From a virus, in the IMG/VR virus record IMGVR_UViG_3300023184_000033, positions 1 to 64,000 of that record: a DNA stretch of 64,000 nucleotides; one strand, 5' to 3'. Position numbers and translations under genes: made by a program. Of the stretch, positions 20,349-30,273 are shown piece after piece. Position 1 is the first letter of the stretch; each line of letters starts with the position of its first letter. Under the pieces are notes generated by a model that worked only from the letters and a program-made list of their open reading frames with translations, did no database searches and was not told the DNA's origin.

Positions 20349-22166
20349 TTACTTCTCCTGTTTTTTCTTCTTTTTAGGTATTTCCGTACCAATTAAATTG
20401 TCTTTGTTTGAACTCATGGGTTCTTTATTACTTGCACCACCCAAAACACCACCGACACCCATATCATCTGCACCTGGATTATCGATGGCTTCTTTAAAAC
20501 TCTTAAAACTTCTATATTCTTCTCGGTATGTTACATCGCCAAGACCTGACATAGGATATACTGTTCCTTGTTGGCGTGTATCGAATTCTGGTCCTAGTCC
20601 TGTAATATTTCTCATTCTTTGAGGAACTGTAGGAGAAGTATTACCAAATTTCTTGGCTCTTATTTTGTCTTTGTCTTGGCTGAAGTTTTTTTCCTTGGAT
20701 TGCGGGTAGACTTTGATTGTGGGTTCGCTGCTGGCTTCGGCGTAGATTGCTCCTGGACCTGGACTAAGGGTTCTGGTTCGCTTTGGGGCGTTCCACTTTG
20801 GATCATCGGCGTTGGCGTCTCCTGCACGGTTGTCTGGGATAGCGTCACTTGGACCTGCTGCTCTGGCACCACCGGCGCTGCGGAGTTTTGGACTTCTGCT
20901 GGCTTCTTTGAGCCTCTGAATAAATTTAGAAGAGATTTTAACATTTTCATTTACCTCAAATATAAAATTGGACTTGCTATTTAACGTATTACGATTTTCT
21001 AACCACGAAAAAGAGATATCATTATACGACTTGTAATCGATGAAATGATTAACACCTTTATATATCTCTGTTATATACTCTTCTATTAAATCTAACGGTT
21101 TTGTGTTGTCAAATGTAATGAAGGATTTAAACATCTCAGAGAATACTTTTTTGTTTTCTTGTGATTTTTGCCACTTTTCGTAACGTAAAGATTCGACCAT
21201 CATTTTAGATAATCTGGAGTTTCTCTCTTTACTTACTTCATTTGTGGAATTAACAAAAACCATCATGGAAGAATAACCCATGTCTTCAAGTTCTTCTTTA
21301 ACATAGGTTATTTTTTCAATGTTATCAGCAGAACAATTAATAATCAATGGTTTACGAAAACGAATAGCTTCCAATCGCATATCACCAGTATTTCTTTCAG
21401 CAAGTCTTCCTTTATCGGAAAGATAATCAAAGGCTTGATTTAAATTGTATTCTACAGCAGTAGCTTCAGGAATGGCTTCACGGATAATAATATCTTTACC
21501 AGAACCTGGACCACCAGTTACAAAGATAGCTTTGAAGATGCCACGGTCTGTGGCTTCATGCAAGCCCATACCTTTTCTTGTGTCATGCATCAATTCGTGT
21601 GCATGTTCATCCGAAACATGAGATGGCACACCTTGTTTAAAAGATTTGATATCTTTATTCTTAGCATGTTCACGCATTTTGGTGCCGGACATGCCAGTTG
21701 TACCTTCAGCATCAGGATCACGCTGGCCAGCAGAATGTACATGAATTTTCTTAAAGTTATACAATGCACCAGTATGAGTACCATTGTATTGGTGCAACTT
21801 TTTCTTGTATTCTTCTACTCTATCGGAACCAGCAACCATGTGTAAGTGAGTTACACCTTGTTTGTGTAATTCTGCTGCATGGTGTAAAAACGTTGGATGT
21901 TCTTTACTTGAAGCTTTAAAGTTGGTGCCTGGAGAATATCTCTTCAAGTGTTTAACTTTTTGTGCAGGAGACAAAGGATTCTTTTTTGAATCCTGTGAAT
22001 GTGAAGCAACAACTGTGTGACCAGCACCTTGATTCTTCGCAATTTCTTTTACTTTGTTGATTAATTTTAGGTGACCGGTTGTGGGCGGATTCATTCGACC
22101 AAAGGCCATCACGTGATGTACTTCATCACCTTTTGCTTCTTCAACTAAATCTAAAAAGGATTTCAT
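20349..22166 (-). CDS. HIGH-superfamily nucleotidyl(cytidylyl)transferase fused to P-loop kinase
   Basis: FGRMNPPTTGH, AGSDR, SGTKMR; GGPGSGKD Walker A. Confidence 0.8.
   Translation of the reverse strand: MKSFLDLVEEAKGDEVHHVMAFGRMNPPTTGHLKLINKVKEIAKNQGAGHTVVASHSQDSKKNPLSPAQKVKHLKRYSPGTNFKASSKEHPTFLHHAAELHKQGVTHLHMVAGSDRVEEYKKKLHQYNGTHTGALYNFKKIHVHSAGQRDPDAEGTTGMSGTKMREHAKNKDIKSFKQGVPSHVSDEHAHELMHDTRKGMGLHEATDRGIFKAIFVTGGPGSGKDIIIREAIPEATAVEYNLNQAFDYLSDKGRLAERNTGDMRLEAIRFRKPLIINCSADNIEKITYVKEELEDMGYSSMMVFVNSTNEVSKERNSRLSKMMVESLRYEKWQKSQENKKVFSEMFKSFITFDNTKPLDLIEEYITEIYKGVNHFIDYKSYNDISFSWLENRNTLNSKSNFIFEVNENVKISSKFIQRLKEASRSPKLRSAGGARAAGPSDAIPDNRAGDANADDPKWNAPKRTRTLSPGPGAIYAEASSEPTIKVYPQSKEKNFSQDKDKIRAKKFGNTSPTVPQRMRNITGLGPEFDTRQQGTVYPMSGLGDVTYREEYRSFKSFKEAIDNPGADDMGVGGVLGGASNKEPMSSNKDNLIGTEIPKKKKKQEK
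20660..20944 (-). CDS. possible nested out-of-frame gene (amphipathic N-terminus, P/Q/E-rich, basic tail)
   Basis: GAGG 9 nt before ATG (MLKSLLNLFRG); local GC rise. Confidence 0.4.
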   Translation of the reverse strand: MLKSLLNLFRGSKKPAEVQNSAAPVVPEQQVQVTLSQTTVQETPTPMIQSGTPQSEPEPLVQVQEQSTPKPAANPQSKSTRNPRKKTSAKTKTK

Positions 22167-22169
22167 TTA

Positions 22170-23138
22170 TTATTTGTGACCTAGAGTTTTCTTAAATTTG
22201 TGTAGGTGTTCATCATTATCCAAATCGATGTGACTTTTATTCAGGCCTTTGACACCATCTGGATGAAAAGCAACAGTTCTCGCACTCTTGTTTCCTTTTT
22301 GTTTTTCTCTGATTCTCCATTTACCTTTTCCTGAGATTGAAGGTAAACCATGGCCAGTTTGATCCGTGCCAACTTTGTATGTACCGTGGCCTCCAACTTG
22401 CAACATATGCACATGATGGTCTTTCAGATAACCTTCTGCTGGATGCAAGTTTGGATGTTTAATTTCGATTGTCGTTGCACGACCAGACGCTGTTGCAGGT
22501 TCTTTACTTGGGTCTGGATGATGTGTATTCATGTGTTTTAGAATACCAGATTTAACAATGTGTTTTGCATATTCCGGACGTTTGGCTTTTTGCTCAGGTT
22601 TGATATGCCAACCTTTTTCTGCATTGTGGTGAATCGTCAACTGACCCATTGCGGCAGTTGTACCATTCTTAGTTTCACCATTTAATAGATGGCCACTAAC
22701 GGATCCTGCAATAAAGTGACCTTTTTTCTTATGTTCGACCGTAAAGTCAGTACCGCCAGTTGAACCTGCACCAGACATATGTTTTGGCATTAGTCCATGA
22801 TGTTTCATACGGTCAACGAACTTGGTCTCATAATCGTGACCTTTGTTCTTTGGTGCTTCACCTGGTTTATGTAACTTAGATGCAGGAATAACGTGGTGAT
22901 TTCCAGTTTCATCTTCTGCGTGTACATGTACCTTGTTATTAATATGTTCTACTTTATGAATCTTTACAGCAGAACCTTTTGGTAAATCGTCATGTTCAGC
23001 AGCTAAATTATGTGAGAACTTATTTGAACCCACATGTGGATCAATATATTTCTTTTTGTGTTCTGCACCTATAGGTCCAGAAGCTGTTAATTTTCCACGA
23101 CCAGCTTCTTCATTTAAAAAGGAACCAAATGATTTCAT
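22170..23138 (-). CDS. His-rich PD-(D/E)XK nuclease-like protein with capsid-targeting-like N-terminus
   Basis: KGHDYE...GAGSTGGTD...GETK; paralog of 29545..30258. Confidence 0.6.
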   Translation of the reverse strand: MKSFGSFLNEEAGRGKLTASGPIGAEHKKKYIDPHVGSNKFSHNLAAEHDDLPKGSAVKIHKVEHINNKVHVHAEDETGNHHVIPASKLHKPGEAPKNKGHDYETKFVDRMKHHGLMPKHMSGAGSTGGTDFTVEHKKKGHFIAGSVSGHLLNGETKNGTTAAMGQLTIHHNAEKGWHIKPEQKAKRPEYAKHIVKSGILKHMNTHHPDPSKEPATASGRATTIEIKHPNLHPAEGYLKDHHVHMLQVGGHGTYKVGTDQTGHGLPSISGKGKWRIREKQKGNKSARTVAFHPDGVKGLNKSHIDLDNDEHLHKFKKTLGHK

Positions 23139-24304
23139 TTTCTCACCTTTAATAAGTTTTGTTTAGCAAATTCTGGACGATTAACCAATTTAGTTGGTTC
23201 ATTGTCATGATGAATCACAAATCCTTCTGGTTTAGACTTCTTACCTTCAATGTGGTGTTCGTAATGTCCTTCATGTGTCTCTAAAGAATTTACTAGATGA
23301 TTCTTAGCTTGTGCTAGATGATGGTGCATTGATAACAAATTACCATAGTGTGACTTGTTCTTTTCGATATGTGCAACTTGTGCTTTACCTTCACCAGTCT
23401 TTTCGTTTTTAGACTTTTCAGTCTTAACTTTGGCAGCAGCTTTTTCGTAAACATTTTTTACATGATCCTTGAAACCTTTAACACTAGGAACTAAATCGTG
23501 TCTAACTGTGTGGTTGATATAAGTCGATAAGTGACCATGTTCACCACTATGTGCTGGATGAACAGCATCATACATCTTATGGCCATGTGTATCATGGATT
23601 TCTTTTGCTGCAGCCATGTGTTTTTGAAACCCATGTTCGTTCGCAGTTGAATGTTTAACTTTTGATGTGTCGTGTTCTGCACCGTGAATGTGAACATCTG
23701 GATGCTCTTTAAACTTACTAATGTCTACGTGTGGAGTATTGCTTTTTAAGTCATCGCCATATTGTGTATGAACTACAACGCCGACTTTAGATTTTTTAGC
23801 CTTGTCGGCTTCTTTTCCGTGAGCTGTATAAGTGATGGTGTTTGGAGTGAACGAAACACTCTCATGCAAAGTCTTTGTATCTACATGGTGCATCACATCA
23901 CCTTGGAATACACCTTTCTTAGGTGTAACTTTTGGTAGATGTTTTAATGCGTGTTTTAATGTTGTTGCAAGACCTGGCGCATGGCCATGGTTCTTATCAA
24001 TATCAGCTTCAGTATGGTTGATTTTTGGATTCTTGTTGAACGCAGACTTGGTTGCAACAAAAAACTTACCATTTTTAGGATGATGGCCAAAGACAATTGA
24101 TGGTGAACCATCATATTTCATTGTCAGGTTGGTACTTTTGTGACCAGAAGTCATGTGTGCATGAGCTTTATGTAAAGCTGCAAATGCATGTTCAAAACCA
24201 GCATGGCCGTGCATCAAAGGACGGTCTTCAGCATGGTGAATATGTTTTAACTCGGAACCTTCTTGGTCGGCTTCCTCAGATAAGAACGATTTAAATGTCA
24301 ACAT
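23135..24304 (-). CDS. His-rich DUF6267-like protein with ATP-dependent (RNA) ligase-type motifs
   Basis: KYDG (motif I), FQGD (III), EGFV (IV), KLVNR (V). Confidence 0.65.
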   Translation of the reverse strand: MLTFKSFLSEEADQEGSELKHIHHAEDRPLMHGHAGFEHAFAALHKAHAHMTSGHKSTNLTMKYDGSPSIVFGHHPKNGKFFVATKSAFNKNPKINHTEADIDKNHGHAPGLATTLKHALKHLPKVTPKKGVFQGDVMHHVDTKTLHESVSFTPNTITYTAHGKEADKAKKSKVGVVVHTQYGDDLKSNTPHVDISKFKEHPDVHIHGAEHDTSKVKHSTANEHGFQKHMAAAKEIHDTHGHKMYDAVHPAHSGEHGHLSTYINHTVRHDLVPSVKGFKDHVKNVYEKAAAKVKTEKSKNEKTGEGKAQVAHIEKNKSHYGNLLSMHHHLAQAKNHLVNSLETHEGHYEHHIEGKKSKPEGFVIHHDNEPTKLVNRPEFAKQNLLKVRK

Positions 24305-24352
24305 TGTTTGTTTACCTTCTAGAATTGCAACACACTCTGGTTGCTCAAGAAC

Positions 24353-24360
24353 TATTTATA
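24353..24360 (-). promoter_or_regulatory. T4-type late promoter TATAAATA
   Basis: exact consensus ~50 nt upstream of 23135..24304. Confidence 0.75.
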
Positions 24361-24432
24361 CAACATTTCAGTTTATGGTCCGAAACTTTCGAAATGTTGC
24401 CTTTGATACATAGTGACAAAAATTGTTGGGTT

Positions 24433-25149
24433 TTACCAGCTGGTTCCCTCAAAGTCTAACCAATATGTAGAAACCTTGCCTTTGCCACCCAACAAATAGA
24501 ACGGCATTGTGTGCATCAGACCTCGGCTGGAGTTAATATAACACAATTCCTTAGGTCCACGTTCTAAAGACCATGCAAAATGTGATGTTCCAGTATCTCC
24601 GCCAAAATATCTTTCGCATTCCATGATATGTTGTAAGTTTTCTAAAAAATCTGTACTTATTTTAAAACTCTCTGGAACTTCACATGGTAACAGATTTTTG
24701 TTGGAAAGGCAAATTATTTTTTCATAGTCTTCAAAACCAACGCTATAGTAATCTATTTGTCTCTGAAATTCTTCCTTAGGCCAGTTTCTATATGTGTTAT
24801 ATGGTGCATCAAATACTGGACAAATAACAATCTTCTTTTTTGGATCAGTATAGTTTACGAACTTTACAAGGTCACCAGAAATGTCTCGGTAATCCCACAG
24901 ATTGACACGGCACCAAGATAATGATTCGTTGCCTGAAAATGCAGAAAGGTAATCTGTAGGTTGCCACAATAACCAATTATGAAATTTTAAACAATGTTCT
25001 GTTTGACTAATAGTACCAGGTTTTAAGAAAAATTGCAATTTTGGCTGATTGTGTTTCTTTCGTAGGTGTGCAACAACATTACAAACACCGACAAGGTCAC
25101 CCATCCTCAAAGGACCACCAAATGTTCCAGGTTCAATATTGATAATCAT
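24433..25149 (-). CDS. GT9 (heptosyltransferase)-like protein
   Basis: MGDL N-terminal motif, RNWP, GGDTGTSHFA. Confidence 0.6.
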   Translation of the reverse strand: MIINIEPGTFGGPLRMGDLVGVCNVVAHLRKKHNQPKLQFFLKPGTISQTEHCLKFHNWLLWQPTDYLSAFSGNESLSWCRVNLWDYRDISGDLVKFVNYTDPKKKIVICPVFDAPYNTYRNWPKEEFQRQIDYYSVGFEDYEKIICLSNKNLLPCEVPESFKISTDFLENLQHIMECERYFGGDTGTSHFAWSLERGPKELCYINSSRGLMHTMPFYLLGGKGKVSTYWLDFEGTSW

Positions 25150-25940
25150 AACAATTTCTGTAAGTCTTTTGCGTGTACTAGTTTTGCTTTACGATTCAAG
25201 TAAAAGTGTTTCTCAAATACTTTATCTATATTTTTACCATTATCCCAAGTTACATCATCACCGACTCTGAATTCTGGATTCCAGTCTTCTGCTTTCCAAA
25301 CAACATAACATTCTTTGTTCAACAGGTCAGCAATCATTCCGATGCCAGTAAAGTTGGTAATAAATGGTTTCTTTGAATTCTTAATAATATAACAATTCGT
25401 TAAGATATCCTTATTGTAGTCAATAAAATCATAACCATCCAAATATGATAACACATTAGTTTCTCTACGTGCATCGATTTCTGCATCATCCCATCGGTCA
25501 CCAACGTAATAACTGTCACCAATATATGCATCAACATTAGGAAACTGTATCTCAAAATTATCATTTACTTCAAATTGTAAACCATATCTATCTTTTAACC
25601 AGTTTTCATAACGACAAGTTTCGATTGGTCTGTTGGGATCATTTTTGTCTTCTCTAGTCCAAGAACTAAGAATAACAATCTCACCATAGATAAAAACATC
25701 ATCATCAAATTCTACTGAATTGAATAAGTCTTGGTACATCAAAAACTCTTTGATGCCTTTGAACTTCTTCATTTCATGTCTAATAACAAAATCAACCTTG
25801 CCATATTTTTGTACAAGACCAGATAGAACTGGAAGTGATTGTACAAAATCACCTAGGTTCGCAGTACAGTTAAGATAAATCTTCATGAAAGTCCTTGAAC
25901 GCAATAAACCAATCTTCACTTGAAACCTTATGTAATTCAA
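25146..25940 (-). CDS. GT-B/GT9-like protein
   Basis: LGDFVQSLPV...TGIGMIA; likely start MKIYLN. Confidence 0.5.
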   Translation of the reverse strand: MNYIRFQVKIGLLRSRTFMKIYLNCTANLGDFVQSLPVLSGLVQKYGKVDFVIRHEMKKFKGIKEFLMYQDLFNSVEFDDDVFIYGEIVILSSWTREDKNDPNRPIETCRYENWLKDRYGLQFEVNDNFEIQFPNVDAYIGDSYYVGDRWDDAEIDARRETNVLSYLDGYDFIDYNKDILTNCYIIKNSKKPFITNFTGIGMIADLLNKECYVVWKAEDWNPEFRVGDDVTWDNGKNIDKVFEKHFYLNRKAKLVHAKDLQKLL

Positions 25941-26706
25941 ACAATTCAGGTCTCAACAAATACGAAATCAACAATAGTGTTTGGTCATCATCAATTGAAT
26001 TATTTTTAATTAATTCTTTTGCAGAATGTACAATCAACACTTCTAATAGTGGCCACATTGTTTTGGCGGCCACAATACAAGGTCCAGTAATATGAACATC
26101 ATTATTTGCAATGATATCAGAGATGAATGTGCCTTCAACATAATCTTTTAGATTGAAAACATGAATCTTATCTTTACTGAAAGGATACTTCCAATGTGTA
26201 ACACCATTTAATGTTTCTTCGTTGCGGCAATAACCAAAATCTAACCAAGCAATCAAATCTGTTTTCACTAGATCCAATTGAATTGCTCTACTGACAAATG
26301 TGGACTTTAGTGCATTGACCAAAACGTAGTCAGCATTCCAGTATTCTGGATTTTTAACTTGTGCAGGATTAATTAGTGCTTGATATTCTTCACTCTCTTG
26401 CACCTTTTGAATTTGTTTTCTAAATTCCATAAAAGGTGTTGGGAAATCAACGACATTAATTTCGGTGTTTTTACCTTTTCTGATTTTCTTAATTTGTTCT
26501 GAAAATTCTTCAGAGGTAAAAATAATCATATCATTATCAAGTTTTGCAAGGTGAGCAAATCTTTCGAAATATGTGTCATTGCTTCTTTGTAGATAATGTG
26601 GCAGTCCACGCTCTGGTGTCCAGTTTCCACGACCAATATCAAAAAAAGCTGTTACAATAGTAATATCATTCATAGTAGTATTTCTTATAGTTATTAACGA
26701 TTTCAA
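25870..26706 (-). CDS. HtrL/YibB (WlaTC)-family glycosyltransferase-like protein
   Basis: ITIVTAFFDIGRG.W, WLDFGY, DDDQ. Confidence 0.8.
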   Translation of the reverse strand: MKSLITIRNTTMNDITIVTAFFDIGRGNWTPERGLPHYLQRSNDTYFERFAHLAKLDNDMIIFTSEEFSEQIKKIRKGKNTEINVVDFPTPFMEFRKQIQKVQESEEYQALINPAQVKNPEYWNADYVLVNALKSTFVSRAIQLDLVKTDLIAWLDFGYCRNEETLNGVTHWKYPFSKDKIHVFNLKDYVEGTFISDIIANNDVHITGPCIVAAKTMWPLLEVLIVHSAKELIKNNSIDDDQTLLLISYLLRPELFELHKVSSEDWFIAFKDFHEDLS

Positions 26707-27400
26707 TTTCAGGTGATAAGTTACTTATAAAGCCTTCATAATCAAATCCAGGTTTGTGATTGTGTGTATCCGTTAGTCTTTGATTGACAGTATAACCCCT
26801 GTTGCATAGCAAATAGTAAACAACCATGAAACAATCATTGTAACCAATTGTTGGATAAACTGCCTGTATCTCATCAAAGTTTTGTTTAAACCATTCTATA
26901 ACTTTATCATAGTTTTTAAGAAATGTTGATGTACAGAAGATAGAACCTCCGCCACAACCATAGTAATCATTCTTACATTCTTGACCTGTAAATTCAGAGA
27001 TTCGTTTAATCAGTTCTGTATGTAATTTGTTACCGTGAGAAATATAATGACCCGCCATCTCCCAATCTTTTTCGATTGTTACTGGCTTGGTCAAATACAC
27101 ATCATCTTCAAGCATCATTATATGCGTTGTATTGCAGTTAAGGCAAGCCTCTCTAAAACGACTAAAGAATTCTAGTACTCCATCGAGTCTATAACCATAT
27201 TCACCAACAGGACCACCAACACGATGAGTGAAATATCTATAGTGTACGTTATATGGTTCTACCAAGTATTCAAAACTGCCTGTTCCATCCACACCCAAAA
27301 AGTATAAACTATTTGGATGGTGTTGTCTTACATTTTGAACAACTTTTTCGGTAGCAGTTTGATATACCGATGCAATATGAAAAAAAGAAATATCAGACAC
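26666..27400 (-). CDS. GT-A fold glycosyltransferase
   Basis: LEDDV, GGGS. Confidence 0.6.
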   Translation of the reverse strand: MSDISFFHIASVYQTATEKVVQNVRQHHPNSLYFLGVDGTGSFEYLVEPYNVHYRYFTHRVGGPVGEYGYRLDGVLEFFSRFREACLNCNTTHIMMLEDDVYLTKPVTIEKDWEMAGHYISHGNKLHTELIKRISEFTGQECKNDYYGCGGGSIFCTSTFLKNYDKVIEWFKQNFDEIQAVYPTIGYNDCFMVVYYLLCNRGYTVNQRLTDTHNHKPGFDYEGFISNLSPEIEIVNNYKKYYYE

Positions 27401-27965
27401 GTTTCAACACCGTTAATCCATTATTGTTAGTTCTACGTTCAATCATTTCCCATTCTAGATGAGAATCGATAAACTCTTGTATGGCGGGCCAGATGCCACG
27501 GCCGCCAAACTCACCATTTACGGCATATGTTGTTGTATCATGAAAACCAATATACTTCTTGGCTTTGTGAGCATGAAGTTCTAATTCTTTTTTAACTTGT
27601 TCATAAACGTGTAGACTATCCACAAACAACATATCACATTCAGGTATTTCAACTTCTCTGGTATCTGCAACATGTAATGTAACTCTACGGCCTGCATCCT
27701 TGGCCTCTTGGAAGTACTCAGGAACGCCTGGAAGTGGTTGATACTCATAACTGTGCAACTCAATGTCATTACGTAGAAAACCACGGGTACTCTGTGCCCA
27801 ACCAACACCCAGTTCAACAACAACTTCACACTCGGAAGATAGTTGTGCTAAGAGTGGTAAATGTTCATGTATGTCTGTATCTTTTGCACAGGCTTCTTTA
27901 TAGATTTGTTCAAAGTTCATTTTATACCTTATACGTAAACATTGCACTGGCGTCTTCTTGGCCAT
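27393..27965 (-). CDS. class I SAM methyltransferase (Methyltransf_24-like)
   Basis: VVELGV, DMLFVDSLH, FHDT; likely start MNFEQ. Confidence 0.8.
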   Translation of the reverse strand: MAKKTPVQCLRIRYKMNFEQIYKEACAKDTDIHEHLPLLAQLSSECEVVVELGVGWAQSTRGFLRNDIELHSYEYQPLPGVPEYFQEAKDAGRRVTLHVADTREVEIPECDMLFVDSLHVYEQVKKELELHAHKAKKYIGFHDTTTYAVNGEFGGRGIWPAIQEFIDSHLEWEMIERRTNNNGLTVLKRV

Positions 27966-28794
27966 ACTTTTTCATGAAGTGTGATTTCCATTCTGGTACA
28001 CGGTCATATTGGTGTACAATATAAAATTCAGCTCCATCACAAGTTTTAATTACACCTTTTTCTTCATCAAAAATAGGTTCCTTTTCTGTTAAGAAAGGTC
28101 TAAAAGATGGCAACTTTGACGGATCGGCAGTTGTGCCGGCATGGCAGGCCCATCCATTATATTGTTTTGCAAGATATGTACAGTCTGTATAAGGAGTACT
28201 TTGAATCAATACATTAAAGACTGCTTGGTCACAAATCGTAATTGGTCTATTGATGCCATTTGTAAAGATGTGGAATATTAAATCTTGAATATAATCTGCA
28301 TATCCACCAAGAACTCCCACATTGTAGATTTCTTTATCTTTATACAACTCATGTACATATGGTCCATAAGCTTGCATTAAATTGTCATTACCCCACGGTT
28401 CATCTTTGTAATACATGCCCTCAGAACCTGCAACAATCCTACGTTCTTTTCTATCTAATAAACGTTCCATAAATTCAAATGGATTACGTTGAAAAATAAC
28501 ATCTTTAACATCTGTTGTAACCACAAAACGATATTTTTCTATATTATTTTTAATATATTCGTGGATGTGATAGAAACGTAAAACGTGAATTGGAATTGAA
28601 GGAGATAAATTAAACTGAATCACTTTAAATCCGTGGTTCTCCAACTCCTTAACTGTTTCAGGTGAAGCATCGGCGGCAACAACCACTTTATCAGTATTAT
28701 CATCTGCAACTTCACAGATTGATTTGACCCAAGGTTTTAGTTGATTAAAATTATAACCACTAAAACCACCAATAATTAAATCTTTTGTACCCAT
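27922..28794 (-). CDS. nucleotide-diphospho-sugar transferase
   Basis: TDVKDVIFQRNPF, N.G, DQA..N, HQYDR. Confidence 0.75.
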   Translation of the reverse strand: MGTKDLIIGGFSGYNFNQLKPWVKSICEVADDNTDKVVVAADASPETVKELENHGFKVIQFNLSPSIPIHVLRFYHIHEYIKNNIEKYRFVVTTDVKDVIFQRNPFEFMERLLDRKERRIVAGSEGMYYKDEPWGNDNLMQAYGPYVHELYKDKEIYNVGVLGGYADYIQDLIFHIFTNGINRPITICDQAVFNVLIQSTPYTDCTYLAKQYNGWACHAGTTADPSKLPSFRPFLTEKEPIFDEEKGVIKTCDGAEFYIVHQYDRVPEWKSHFMKKYGQEDASAMFTYKV

Positions 28795-29489
28795 GGGAAT
28801 TCTCCATTATATTTTTCATTCATTACTTTATTACCATTTGCAAAAAATTCTGGTGTAACTGAACCAGGATTTCCATTTACTCTATAATTGACTGTGTATT
28901 CTCTAGTACATTCAAATCTCGGAAAATGTTCTGCTATAGTATGTAGAAACACTCGGTCCTGACCCCAGCCACCATGCCATGCTGATGCTAATTTTACTGC
29001 AATTTCAGTTTTAATGCAATAGCAATTTGTATCAACATGATTGATTCCATGATAAGTTTGCCACTTACCTAATGATTCACAATCATCATTGCATACAAAT
29101 TCACCATCTTTGTCTATAATAGAACGCAAAGAATAACACCAATCGATGCCATACTTTTCGATGACGTTAATACAGGTCTCTACGTGGTTTGGTTTAAATG
29201 CGTTATCTTGGTCAAGATATAATACATATTGTGTATCAATTAGATGTGTAAACGCTGCATAGACACGATGGCCATAGAAGCCATTGGCACCAACATTAAT
29301 TGGCAAATAACAAACTTTAACAAAACCATTGCCGGCATAATTATCAGCAATTCTTTTAACTTTGTCTTGATTTTCTCTACCATCACAAATTAGATATACT
29401 TGTGTTTCTATTGTTTGGTCTAAGACCGAATCAATTGCATCACGAACTTCATAAGCACCCGTAGTGGGTATAATCACAGTCGCTTTCAT
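28776..29489 (-). CDS. glycosyltransferase family 2
   Basis: TVIIPT, SVLDQT, YLDQDN. Confidence 0.85.
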   Translation of the reverse strand: MKATVIIPTTGAYEVRDAIDSVLDQTIETQVYLICDGRENQDKVKRIADNYAGNGFVKVCYLPINVGANGFYGHRVYAAFTHLIDTQYVLYLDQDNAFKPNHVETCINVIEKYGIDWCYSLRSIIDKDGEFVCNDDCESLGKWQTYHGINHVDTNCYCIKTEIAVKLASAWHGGWGQDRVFLHTIAEHFPRFECTREYTVNYRVNGNPGSVTPEFFANGNKVMNEKYNGEFPWVQKI

Positions 29490-29544
29490 AATTAACCTCT
29501 TGTTAGTTTCAATATTACTTATATTTGTTTCCGAATCAATGCCA

Positions 29545-30258
29545 TTATTTTTTACCTCTAACAGCCAAAGCTTTTAAGTAGTCTTTATCATCAAGGTCTG
29601 AATCTGATTTTTTCAAAGAATTTTTTACCGCTTGAATTGCTGTCGTGAATCTATAATTATAAATTGGACTACTGCCACCACGCTTCAATCTAACTCTCAA
29701 TCGTAAATTTAATTTAAATTCTTCTGTACCCAACTTAGCAACATCTTTACCCATATGGTATAAACCATAACCACCAATTTGTATATAATATGTTTTTTTA
29801 CTATTATAATAATTTGCTACTGAACTTCTTGGTATATCAACAAAAAAATCTTTGAAATTTTTATAATCAAAATCCACATCTTCTTTTTTATATTGGCTTG
29901 TTGGTATTGTGTATCGCCTTGGCGGACCTTTTGGTCCCCATTCTTTATTCACCATAGATGTAACACCAATTTGTGTTAAAAATTCTCTCATCTGTTCAGC
30001 TGAATCTGTTTTGGCGCCAGCAAGTTTCCATTCCTTTTCATCTAAATCATAAACAAGTGAACCTTGACCAAAATCAACATTTAAATCTAACTTAACTTCA
30101 ACCTTATAATCTTTACTTTTAAAAGTTATTTCTGCATCAGGAGCATTTGAATCTGCACCAGCACCAGAAAAAGATTTTCTCTGTACGCCAGCAGCTTTTA
30201 AATTTTTATTGATTGTATTTTCATATAAGAAACCTTTATTACTAGTGTCCATTTGCAC
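29545..30258 (-). CDS. PD-(D/E)XK restriction-endonuclease-like protein
   Basis: KGFLYE...APD...VEVK. Confidence 0.7.
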   Translation of the reverse strand: MQMDTSNKGFLYENTINKNLKAAGVQRKSFSGAGADSNAPDAEITFKSKDYKVEVKLDLNVDFGQGSLVYDLDEKEWKLAGAKTDSAEQMREFLTQIGVTSMVNKEWGPKGPPRRYTIPTSQYKKEDVDFDYKNFKDFFVDIPRSSVANYYNSKKTYYIQIGGYGLYHMGKDVAKLGTEEFKLNLRLRVRLKRGGSSPIYNYRFTTAIQAVKNSLKKSDSDLDDKDYLKALAVRGKK

Positions 30259-30273
30259 TCCAAATGAAAGTAT

